Shown one piece after another: positions 10,056 to 17,879 of a stretch of 64,000 nt of DNA. Every line of letters begins with the position of its first letter. The stretch's first letter is position 1. Location of the stretch: NCBI GenBank assembly GCA_009692435.1, contig SHZE01000001.1:13243-77242 (forward strand), read 5' to 3'. This DNA comes from Deltaproteobacteria bacterium. Lineage in GTDB: Bacteria; Desulfobacterota; Binatia; Bin18. Position numbers and translations under genes: made by a program. The notes beneath the pieces were generated by a model. That model was not told the origin of the DNA. It saw only the letters and a list, made by a program, of their open reading frames with translations, and made no database searches.

Positions 10056-11918
10056 ATGGTCTACGATATTATTGTTGTCGGGGCTGGTCATGCTGGAATC
10101 GAAGCGGCTCTCGCCGCTGCCCGGCTAGGATGCCAGACGTTGATGCTCACTCTGAATTTGGACCACATCGGCCAGATGTCCTGTAACCCTGCTATTGGCG
10201 GGATTGGCAAAAGCCATTTAGTGCGAGAAATCGACGCCCTAGGTGGAGAAATGGCGAAGGCCATAGACGAAACCGGCATCCAGTTCCGCGTGCTCAATAT
10301 GCGGAAAGGACCGGCGGTGCGCGCGACTCGCGTACAAGCGGACAAAGCCCTCTATCGACAGCGCATGAAACGCGTGGTCGAAACCACGGACAATCTCACG
10401 CTCCGCCAGGGCAGTGTCGAACGGCTCCTCGTGGAGAACGACGAAGTGCGCGGAGTCGAGACGCAGATTGGTGAAATTTTTCTGGGGCGTAAAGTCATCT
10501 TGACGACGGGGACCTTTCTGAAAGGGCTCATCCATGTGGGCCTCAAGAACTACGCCGCCGGGCGGGCGGGCGACTTCGCGGTTGAAGGCTTGAGCGAACA
10601 TCTGCGCGCGTTGGGATTTCGTGTCGGGCGTCTGAAAACTGGTACCTGTCCACGGCTCGATAGTCGCACCATCGACTACAGTGTCGTTGCCCCTCAGCCT
10701 GGTGACGACCCACCGACTCCGTTGTCGTTCTCGACCGAAAAAATCACGCAATCGCAGATTCCTTGTCATCTGACTTATACCAATGCCAACACCCACCAGG
10801 CGATTCTGGAAGGGCTCGACCGGTCACCGTTATATTCCGGGCTCATTCAGGGGCGTGGACCTCGGTATTGTCCGTCGATTGAGGACAAAGTCGTTCGTTT
10901 TAAGGACAAGCTACGCCATCAGATTTTTCTTGAGCCCGAAGGACGCGACACCGTCGAAGTGTACCCCAATGGCCTGTCGACAAGTTTACCGCTCGATATT
11001 CAGCTCCAGATGGTCCGATCAATTACCGGCTTAGAGAAGGCGGAGATCATGCGCCCTGGCTATGCCATTGAGTATGATTATGCTGACCCAACGCAACTGC
11101 TCCCCACGCTCGAAACTAAGCTGGTACGCGGCCTCCACCACGCCGGACAAATTAACGGCACCACGGGCTATGAAGAAGCGGCGGCCCAAGGACTCATGGC
11201 GGCCATCAACGCGGTGTTAAGCCTACGGGGCGAGGAGCCACTGCTGTTCTCACGTAACCAAGCCTACATCGGGGTGCTGATCGACGATTTAGTGACCAAA
11301 GGGGTCGGTGGCGAGCCCTACCGTATGTTTACCTCACGAGCTGAACACCGGCTGTTACTGCGCGAAGACAACGCTGACCTCAGACTGCGAGCCTTCGGCT
11401 ATCGGATCGGCCTGGTGAACGAAGCGGACCACCACAAAACCGAAACCAAAAATCAGCGGATCGTCAGCGAAACGAAACGGCTAGAAGAAGTCGTGCTCAC
11501 CCCAACCGAAGCGACCAACGCGGTCTTAGCATCCTTTGCCAGCGCCGCGCTGAAAAGCCCAACCTCACTGGCACAGATTCTCCGCAGACCAGAAATTTCG
11601 TTCGACACGATTCAGCGGATATCGCCTTCTCCATCCGCGCTGCTACGAGAAGCAGCGACCGAGGTCGAGGTTGCCATCAAATACTCCGGCTATATCCGTC
11701 GCCAGGAAGAGGGAGTGGAGCGCATGCGTCATCTGGAAGAACTGCGCATTCCACACACGCTAGATTACACCAGGGTGTCGAGCTTATCGGCTGAGGTCCG
11801 CGAGAAGCTGACCTCCATACGCCCAGCATCCTTGGGGCAAGCAGCGCGGATTCCGGGGATGACACCCGCCGCGCTGTCGCTGTTAGCAATTCACCTCAAA
11901 CGAGTAAGCGTCGCGTAA
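10056..11918 (+). CDS. mnmG: tRNA uridine 5-carboxymethylaminomethyl modification enzyme MnmG (GidA)
   Basis: FAD-binding N-terminus [16 protein letters not shown] and full-length GidA conservation. Confidence 0.95.
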   Translation: MVYDIIVVGAGHAGIEAALAAARLGCQTLMLTLNLDHIGQMSCNPAIGGIGKSHLVREIDALGGEMAKAIDETGIQFRVLNMRKGPAVRATRVQADKALYRQRMKRVVETTDNLTLRQGSVERLLVENDEVRGVETQIGEIFLGRKVILTTGTFLKGLIHVGLKNYAAGRAGDFAVEGLSEHLRALGFRVGRLKTGTCPRLDSRTIDYSVVAPQPGDDPPTPLSFSTEKITQSQIPCHLTYTNANTHQAILEGLDRSPLYSGLIQGRGPRYCPSIEDKVVRFKDKLRHQIFLEPEGRDTVEVYPNGLSTSLPLDIQLQMVRSITGLEKAEIMRPGYAIEYDYADPTQLLPTLETKLVRGLHHAGQINGTTGYEEAAAQGLMAAINAVLSLRGEEPLLFSRNQAYIGVLIDDLVTKGVGGEPYRMFTSRAEHRLLLREDNADLRLRAFGYRIGLVNEADHHKTETKNQRIVSETKRLEEVVLTPTEATNAVLASFASAALKSPTSLAQILRRPEISFDTIQRISPSPSALLREAATEVEVAIKYSGYIRRQEEGVERMRHLEELRIPHTLDYTRVSSLSAEVREKLTSIRPASLGQAARIPGMTPAALSLLAIHLKRVSVA

Positions 11919-11961
11919 TTTGCCATGCTAGAACGGTTTGATTTTGTATGAAGAAATCGTC

Positions 11962-12003
11962 TACAGGTTCCCTCTCCCAGCCGGGAGAGGGTCAGAGTGA
12001 GGG
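11962..12003. repeat. 40-bp palindrome-containing dispersed element (copy 1): CCCTCTCCCAGCCGGGAGAGGG + TCAGAGTGAGGGGGAT
   Basis: Perfect 9-bp stem with 4-nt loop. A near-identical copy lies in inverted orientation at 46670-46712. Confidence 0.6.
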
Positions 12004-12064
12004 GGATCCGGAAAGCGCTCTATTCACTCATGCGAAAAACGCTATTGATCAGGAGCAGACACGG

Positions 12065-12730
12065 ATGCGGCGCGAAGGAGCGCAGCAGTTCGCCCTCACG
12101 CTCTCCGAGGAAACCGTCTCCCAGTTCGCCACGTTCATTGCCGAAATCCAGCGCTGGTCCACAATCGCCGACCTGCTCTCACAAACCGACCCGGCAACGC
12201 TGATTCGCAAACACATTCTCGATTCTCTCGCCTTACTCCCCTGGATTCCTCAGGGAAGCCGGGTGCTTGATCTCGGCAGTGGTGCGGGATTTCCTGGCCT
12301 CCCACTGGCCATCGCCGCCCCAGGTATCAGCGTCACGCTGATTGAAGCCCGACGCAAACGCGCCAATTTCCTCAAAGCCTCCATCCGGACACTCGGCCTG
12401 CGCAACGTCAACGCCTACGAAGGACGAGCGGAGCACTTGTCACACGAAGATACCCTACAGGCAGCCTTCGACATCATCGTGACCCGTGCCACGTGGAGCA
12501 TTGCCTTATTTCTCACTCTCGCACGCCCATTTCTGCGTCCAGACGGAATCGTCATGGCCATGAAAGGACCCAAACTCCAGCAAGAGCTTGAGGAACTGCG
12601 AGATGACATCGAAAAAACCGGCTTCTCACATACTGACACCAAGGCCTACACCCTGGCCGGAAACGCGCAGCGCAATATCGCTTTCTTTAGTCGGACATCT
12701 GTACCTAAGAAGCTGTTGATAAACCTTTAA
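12065..12730 (+). CDS. rsmG: 16S rRNA (guanine527-N7)-methyltransferase RsmG (GidB); start moved downstream of the repeat element
   Basis: SAM motif VLDLGSGAGFPGLPLAIA and conserved RsmG C-terminus. The ORF-track start at 11948 would translate the palindromic repeat; the Met at 12065 gives a typical ~220 aa RsmG. Confidence 0.75.
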   Translation: MRREGAQQFALTLSEETVSQFATFIAEIQRWSTIADLLSQTDPATLIRKHILDSLALLPWIPQGSRVLDLGSGAGFPGLPLAIAAPGISVTLIEARRKRANFLKASIRTLGLRNVNAYEGRAEHLSHEDTLQAAFDIIVTRATWSIALFLTLARPFLRPDGIVMAMKGPKLQQELEELRDDIEKTGFSHTDTKAYTLAGNAQRNIAFFSRTSVPKKLLINL

Positions 12731-12779
12731 AGGGAAAAAATTGCTTGTGATATTCAGCTTTTGAGAGCAACTTTCTCCC
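12729..12779 (+). terminator. Hairpin after rsmG (AGGGAAAAAATTGCT...AGCAACTTTCTCCCT)
   Basis: 15-bp imperfect inverted repeat with a 20-nt loop immediately after the rsmG stop. Confidence 0.35.
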
Positions 12780-12883
12780 TGCTTATGGCTTACCTTGCGT
12801 GGTCGGCTACTCCGCGTAATCCAGTAGAGAATGATTGACTTGAAAAACTCAGGTTGTTACGGTTCGCCCAGGAGGATCCCGTT

Positions 12884-13327
12884 ATGGCCTCAGTCAACAA
12901 AGTTATTCTGGTCGGCAATCTCGGAAAGGACCCGGAGGTGCGTTTCACTCCAAGCGGACGAGCAGTCGCGAAGTTTCCCATCGCGACTGCTGAGTCGTGG
13001 ATGGATCAAGAAAACAGTCGACAGGAACGAACCGAGTGGCACAACATTGTGGTATGGGGAAAGCAAGCCGAGTCTTGCGGCCAATACTTGGCAAAGGGAC
13101 GGCAAGTGTTCATTGAAGGCGCCATCCGTTCTCGCAGCTACGATGACAAAGAGGGTATCAAGCGGTACGTCACCGAAATTGTTGCCCAACGTGTTCAATT
13201 TCTCGGGAGTTCTGGAGGAGGTGGTCGCGCTAGTGCAGAAGGTGGAGGCTCTGGCGGTAGCGGAGCAGGTGGAAACTTTGACGAGTTTGGCGGTGGGCAG
13301 ATTCCAGAGGACGACGTACCGTTTTAG
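12884..13327 (+). CDS. ssb: Single-stranded DNA-binding protein
   Basis: OB-fold N-terminus [25 protein letters not shown], Gly-rich tail and acidic C-terminus EDDVPF. A GGAGGA RBS sits 7 nt upstream of the ATG at 12884. Confidence 0.9.
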   Translation: MASVNKVILVGNLGKDPEVRFTPSGRAVAKFPIATAESWMDQENSRQERTEWHNIVVWGKQAESCGQYLAKGRQVFIEGAIRSRSYDDKEGIKRYVTEIVAQRVQFLGSSGGGGRASAEGGGSGGSGAGGNFDEFGGGQIPEDDVPF

Positions 13328-13336
13328 GTGAATAAA

Positions 13337-13412
13337 CCGTAAATATGTGAAACGTAAAGGGGAAGGGGCTGTTATGTTTTATGACCCTTTACGTTTTACG
13401 CTTCACGTTTTA
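13337..13412. repeat. ACGTAAA-unit palindromic element (family member 2 of 5)
   Basis: GTGAAACGTAAAGGGG ... CCCTTTACGTTTTACGCTTCACG inverted repeat between the convergent ssb and maoC genes. Confidence 0.6.
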
Positions 13413-14291
13413 TTCCCCTACTTTTACCACTCCTTCCCGGATCACATCCTTCCCCTCCGGGTTATATGTCTCGTAGATATAACTGTTCGCACCACCGTGG
13501 TCTGACACCGGCCAGACTGCGGTGGTGATCTCCTGCCCCGGAAAGACTGGGCGTGAAAATCGTGCACGTAGTCGGCGCAGCTTGCGGGGATCTCCGGCAC
13601 AGAGTTGGTCAATCATCACCTTTGAGGTGAACGCCATCGTGCACAATCCATGCACGACAATACCAGGGAGCCCCGCCATCTTCGCGACATTTTCGTCAAC
13701 ATGAATCGGGTTATGATCGCCAGACGCGGACGCATAGCGGAAGGTCTGATCGGTGTCGATTGTTTGTCGTACTCGCCACAGCGGTTCTCCCATTGGTGCC
13801 GCCTCCGCTACCGGTGTCCGTTTGCGGGCTCGTGCGCTCCGACCGCGAATGAGCGCGGTGAACAGCATCCGCTGGACAGATTCCCCACGCTGGTTGGTGC
13901 ACTGGACTTCCACCGTCAGCGATTCTCCCGCCGGTTCGTCGGTCATCGTCACAATGCTTGCCACGCTGGTGATGATGTCGCCAGGCACTAACGGACGCAC
14001 AAAATACATATCCTGCTCACTATGCAATAGACGCAGGACATCAACCCCAAGTTCGGTATCAGTCATGACCATCATAATCGACAGCCACCCCGTGACGACC
14101 CCAAACATCGGCGGGGCCATGATGCCGCCAGCTCGACTCGTGTCCACAAACCACGGGTTCTCGTCATTATAAGCACGGGTGTAGTTCAGCACGGCTTCAG
14201 CGGTGACTCCGTAGTCTTGTGGCGCATACTGCTTGCCGAGGAAACTGCGATTCAACCCCATCTGTTCTCCAATACGGGAGGTTACTCCCAA
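13410..14291 (-). CDS. MaoC-family dehydratase with N- and C-terminal hotdog domains
   Basis: C-terminal MaoC signature ASGDHNPIHVDENVAKMAGLPGIVVHG, and an N-terminal hotdog-like half. Confidence 0.6.
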   Translation of the reverse strand: MGVTSRIGEQMGLNRSFLGKQYAPQDYGVTAEAVLNYTRAYNDENPWFVDTSRAGGIMAPPMFGVVTGWLSIMMVMTDTELGVDVLRLLHSEQDMYFVRPLVPGDIITSVASIVTMTDEPAGESLTVEVQCTNQRGESVQRMLFTALIRGRSARARKRTPVAEAAPMGEPLWRVRQTIDTDQTFRYASASGDHNPIHVDENVAKMAGLPGIVVHGLCTMAFTSKVMIDQLCAGDPRKLRRLRARFSRPVFPGQEITTAVWPVSDHGGANSYIYETYNPEGKDVIREGVVKVGE

Positions 14292-14923
14292 TAGCCGTCG
14301 TCAACAAAACTGATGTATTTCCCTTTGCCGATGATGAGATGATCCAGGACACGCACGCCCATGACATCACCGACATCGCGCAGGCGACGTGTGATGTGCA
14401 AGTCTTCCTGGCTTGGAGTTGGGTCTCCACTGGGATGGTTGTGGATCAAGACGACCGCCGCGGCGGATTCGCGGATGATCGGATTGAACACCTCACGTGG
14501 ATGCACGAGAGAAGACGTCAGCGACCCTTCAGACACGCGCACATCCTTGATCTTCCGATTTTTCGCGTCCAGCAAGAGGACATGAAATTCTTCTTTTTTC
14601 AGGCTGCCGAGGTGTTCACGGTAATGGTGAAAAATGTCAGCGCTCGAGCGAAATAGTTCGCCCCGGCGCATTTCCTCTTGCGAGAAGCGTTTGGCGATTT
14701 CGAGAGCGGCTTTAATTTGCGCCGCTTTTGCCGGGCCGATGCCTTTAATGACACAGAGGTCTTGCACGCTCGCTTCTTCGAGCCGACGAAACGAGTTGTC
14801 AAAGCGCCCCATCAGCTCACGCCCATGGTCCAGCGCGCTCTGTCCCGTGCTGGCTTCCCCGGTGCGCAGGATAATCGCTAGCAGTTCGGAGGGAGAAAGC
14901 GCTTCCGGCCCTTTCTCTAGCAA
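14282..14923 (-). CDS. radC: RadC-family JAB/MPN-domain protein
   Basis: N-terminus LSPSELLAIILRTG, helix-hairpin-helix region, and JAMM motif HNHPSGDPTPSQED. Confidence 0.8.
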   Translation of the reverse strand: MLEKGPEALSPSELLAIILRTGEASTGQSALDHGRELMGRFDNSFRRLEEASVQDLCVIKGIGPAKAAQIKAALEIAKRFSQEEMRRGELFRSSADIFHHYREHLGSLKKEEFHVLLLDAKNRKIKDVRVSEGSLTSSLVHPREVFNPIIRESAAAVVLIHNHPSGDPTPSQEDLHITRRLRDVGDVMGVRVLDHLIIGKGKYISFVDDGYWE

Positions 14924-14999
14924 CTTCTCTCACGGGCGGTCCGATTCCGGCTATTCTTTGATCGGCTGCATAGATGCGAGACTACTCCAGTGTTGGTCA

Positions 15000-15389
15000 T
15001 TACTTGATCGAGACGATGACTTTCCGATCTCGTGGACCATCGAGTTCGACAAACATCACGGCCTGCCAGGTGCCAAGAGCCATGCGGCCATTGTGAATCG
15101 GGATCGTCTCGCTGGGCCCAAGCATCGCCGCTTTCAGATGGGCCGCGCCGTTACTGTCGATCGTGTCGTGCCGCCACGCGCCTTCTGGCACTAGTTTGTC
15201 GAGTGCGTCCAGCAGGTCTAAGCCGATCCGCATCTCGTCGTTTTCGTTAATCACCACGGCGGCGGTGACATGGGGCACGAACACACAACAGAGTCCGTCA
15301 GTGATCCGCGCGGCACTCACCGCGTCCGCCACTTGGCGGGTAATGTCGAGTACTTCACATTTCTTGGTGGTGCGAACCTTGAGTTCCAT
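15000..15389 (-). CDS. YjbQ/UPF0047 family protein (secondary thiamine-phosphate synthase-like)
   Basis: About 130 aa beta-rich protein matching YjbQ family conservation (motifs ITAAV-INEN and GTWQ). Confidence 0.55.
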   Translation of the reverse strand: MELKVRTTKKCEVLDITRQVADAVSAARITDGLCCVFVPHVTAAVVINENDEMRIGLDLLDALDKLVPEGAWRHDTIDSNGAAHLKAAMLGPSETIPIHNGRMALGTWQAVMFVELDGPRDRKVIVSIK

Positions 15390-15392
15390 GCC

Positions 15393-16511
15393 CTACTCTC
15401 TCGCGGCGGCAAGGTCGTCGTTGGTAAATTTTTCCACATCCACATCCTGCGGTTCGCGCGCTGGTTGTGGGTTTTGCCCTTCTTCTGATGAGTCGAATTC
15501 TCCTGACGGCGCGGGTCTACTACCTTTAGTGATCTCAGTCGGCATGCCGGTTTTCGCCATCAACACTTTCAGGAGCAGGCGCGGGTCGATCAACTCGGTC
15601 AAGCCATTGGCCTGCGCGATTTTTTGCGCTTCCTGCCACAAGTCGGGCACGATCTTGTAAATGTCTTCGTGCACTTCGGCATAGACCTTGCCGTTCAGGA
15701 TTCCGAGTTTCACTGGCTGATAGACAAACTCTCCGGCACTGCCCACCCGAACGACGTTGAAGAACTGTTGAATATCTTCAGGGTACATACGAATACAGCC
15801 GTGCGTGACTAAGCGCCCAACAGCCCAGGGATTATTCGTATCGTGGATTTTATACAGAGGCAGCGTCAGATCAATGCGATACTTGCCCATGGGATTATCC
15901 GGTGACCCCGCCGGAATAAAATCCTCGGTCCACCCTTTCTCGGCAATGCGCTCTTTCTTGATTGAGTCAGGAATCACCCACACTGGGTTTGGTGTCTTCC
16001 CATTGACTTTGAATTTCGCGACCGGCGTAGGCCAATCTTCACGGCCAAGCCCGACGGGCAACGTCACCACGGTACGCTGGGTCGCGCTCTTGTCTCGTGG
16101 CGGAAAGTAGTACAACCGCATCTCCGGGATATTAACCACAATCCCCTCGTATCCACTTTGCGGCAGAATCCAGAAGGTTGGCAGTTGAATCGTCTCACCA
16201 AAAGGGGGGAGCCACGGGTCCATGTCGGGATAGACACCAGTCACCTCGTTGTAGCCCAAGTCTAAGTAGCGAGCGATGTCGAGCAGCGTATCTTTTCTCT
16301 GCAACGTATACTGGCGTGGCGACCCAATAATGGTTTGGGCACTAAGATCCCCGGGTCTCTCTGGCAGGAAGAACGGGCGAGCGACGATGATGGTCTTGCC
16401 ATAGAAAATGTCTTCATCCCAAGCGAAGGCCGAAAAGGAACCAACCGTGAGACTCCCCAGAGCGAACAGCAGTGCCGACATGGAATGAAAGACTTTTGCC
16501 GTGATACTCAT
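15393..16511 (-). CDS. L,D-transpeptidase (YkuD domain) with signal peptide
   Basis: Catalytic motif HGCIRMYPEDI (His/Cys of YkuD) and N-terminal signal sequence MSITAKVFHSMSALLFALGSL. Start reset from 16712 to the Met that precedes the signal peptide. Confidence 0.7.
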   Translation of the reverse strand: MSITAKVFHSMSALLFALGSLTVGSFSAFAWDEDIFYGKTIIVARPFFLPERPGDLSAQTIIGSPRQYTLQRKDTLLDIARYLDLGYNEVTGVYPDMDPWLPPFGETIQLPTFWILPQSGYEGIVVNIPEMRLYYFPPRDKSATQRTVVTLPVGLGREDWPTPVAKFKVNGKTPNPVWVIPDSIKKERIAEKGWTEDFIPAGSPDNPMGKYRIDLTLPLYKIHDTNNPWAVGRLVTHGCIRMYPEDIQQFFNVVRVGSAGEFVYQPVKLGILNGKVYAEVHEDIYKIVPDLWQEAQKIAQANGLTELIDPRLLLKVLMAKTGMPTEITKGSRPAPSGEFDSSEEGQNPQPAREPQDVDVEKFTNDDLAAARE

Positions 16512-16596
16512 AAATTCTTGAACCCTCCTCCTGCATCTAGGCAGGAGTATAACATGCGAACTTCGTCCGGACAAAGGGAAGAGGCGGGAAAAACTC

Positions 16597-16992
16597 CTAC
16601 GACGACGAAGCCGCTTTAACCGGATGTGAGTCCTTCCTAAGGGCGTGGGAAGAACCAGTCCGGGAGCTTTTCTTGCGAAGCGCAGGTTTGTTGTGCTTGT
16701 GCTGTTCGGCAAGAAGCCGATCCAGCTTCATATTGACGTTGACAAGATTCCCCTGCACGGTCTCCAACTTGGCGAGCAGTTTATTATAGTCATCCTTGGA
16801 GGGGAGATTGAAAAGAAAGAGGAATGAATCGACGCCACGCCCGATCTTGCCTTTTGTCGCCGCCGCATTTTTGAGCGCTTTTTTGGCGACCTCCGTGACG
16901 GTCGGGTTCGACAGCAGTTCGGTAAGAAAGCGATTGAATCCTTCCTCGCCAGCCTCATAGAGCTTCTCAAAAAGAGAATGTTCTTCGTGCAC
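16597..16992 (-). CDS. Phasin-family (PHA granule-associated) protein, tentative
   Basis: Coiled-coil protein with the motif FNLPSKDDYNKLLAKLETVQGNL, which resembles the TIGR01837 phasin family core. Confidence 0.4.
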   Translation of the reverse strand: MHEEHSLFEKLYEAGEEGFNRFLTELLSNPTVTEVAKKALKNAAATKGKIGRGVDSFLFLFNLPSKDDYNKLLAKLETVQGNLVNVNMKLDRLLAEQHKHNKPALRKKSSRTGSSHALRKDSHPVKAASSS

Positions 16993-17063
16993 TCAGTCTC
17001 CATACAACAAGATGCCGGAAAAGAGTAGGGCGTAAACGTCCGGCGAACAGTTTCGCGTTTTGG

Positions 17064-17125
17064 GTTTCGAGTTTCGAGTTTCGAGTAGGAAGAGGGTTGC
17101 AGGTTTCGAGTTCCGATCCTACTCC
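17064..17125. repeat. GTTTCGA heptamer tandem (x3) plus GAGTAGGA/TCCTACTC inverted repeat
   Basis: gtttcgagtttcgagtttcgag followed by an 8-bp inverted repeat. The related motif ACTCGAAACTCG recurs at 40549-40572. Confidence 0.5.
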
Positions 17126-17408
17126 CTTCGATCCTCAGCCCTGAAATTCTCAGCCCTTACCTTGGACGGCAGCCAATCCAGCGATGTCGATGGCGATTCC
17201 TTAGTGTAGCAGGGATGGGGGCATGGTTAGACTCTCCTCACAAATAGGAGACATTGCAGTTTTATTGATCTCAAACACTCGTGGCATACATGGATCGACG
17301 CCCTGGGCCAGGGGCAACAGAGCGTCGGTGTGGAAACAGCGAGTAAAGTGGGCGGTCAGCCGCTTGTGGAGCGGAGTGGGCTTTGCTCCTTGGCTCAGCC
17401 CTCGGTCT

Positions 17409-17879
17409 TTACGCACATTTGCTTAAACAGTCACGGATAGGATCAAGTTCGGGGAGTTTTCCCGCGTCTTCCGAAACCCAGGCGTATTGCACCACGCCTT
17501 TCTTATCAACAACGAAGGCCGAGCGTTTCGAGACTCCTTTGAAGCCGAGTAAGCTTTCGTAAATCGATCCGTAGGCAGTCGATGCTTCTTTATTAAAATC
17601 ACTGAGCAATGGAAAGTTGTACCCTTCCTTCGCTGCCCACGCGTCAAGTGAGAAAGGACTGTCCACACTAATGCCGACGACCTGAGTGTTTTCGTTTTGT
17701 AAGGTATTGATGTTGTCTCGCACGGAGCAAAATTCCTTGGTTCAGCCACCGGTGAAGGCGAGCGGTACGAATAAAAGCACGACGTTCTGCTTTCCTTGAT
17801 ACTCACTGAGCTTGAAGTCCTTCATTTTGTTGGTCTTCAGGCTAAAATCTGGCGCTTGCTGTCCGACTTGAACACTCAT
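17409..17879 (-). CDS. bcp: Bcp/PrxQ-type peroxiredoxin with in-frame TGA (17742-17744) at the peroxidatic-Cys position; candidate selenocysteine (Sec) protein, 156 aa
   Basis: Read through the TGA, the protein is [14 protein letters not shown]...[13 protein letters not shown][U][10 protein letters not shown]... and aligns with E. coli Bcp (...[20 protein letters not shown]...). The TGA falls exactly on the peroxidatic Cys of the PxxxTxxC motif, and the resolving Cys lies 5 residues later. The ORF track splits it into 17409..17723 plus an unannotated 5' part. The ATG overlaps the gyrA stop (ATGA). Confidence 0.7.

Noticed and set aside
11948-12064. N-terminal 39 codons of the 260-aa rsmG ORF
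   Set aside because: They translate a dispersed 40-bp palindromic repeat and are not RsmG-like; the start was moved to 12065.
12854-12883. Upstream ssb start at 12854 ([10 protein letters not shown]-)
   Set aside because: A GGAGGA RBS is ideally spaced before the ATG at 12884, and [14 protein letters not shown] matches the canonical SSB N-terminus.
16993-17408. Looked for RNase P RNA, tmRNA, SRP RNA or a second tRNA in the largest gene-free gaps (16993-17408, 26041-26267, 36845-37031)
   Set aside because: None of the conserved hallmark strings (RNase P P4 GAAAGTCCGG, tmRNA 3' tRNA-like end, SRP AGGAAGCAGCC, or a tRNA T-loop GGTTCGANTCC outside the tRNA-Arg copies) were found. An unknown small RNA cannot be excluded.
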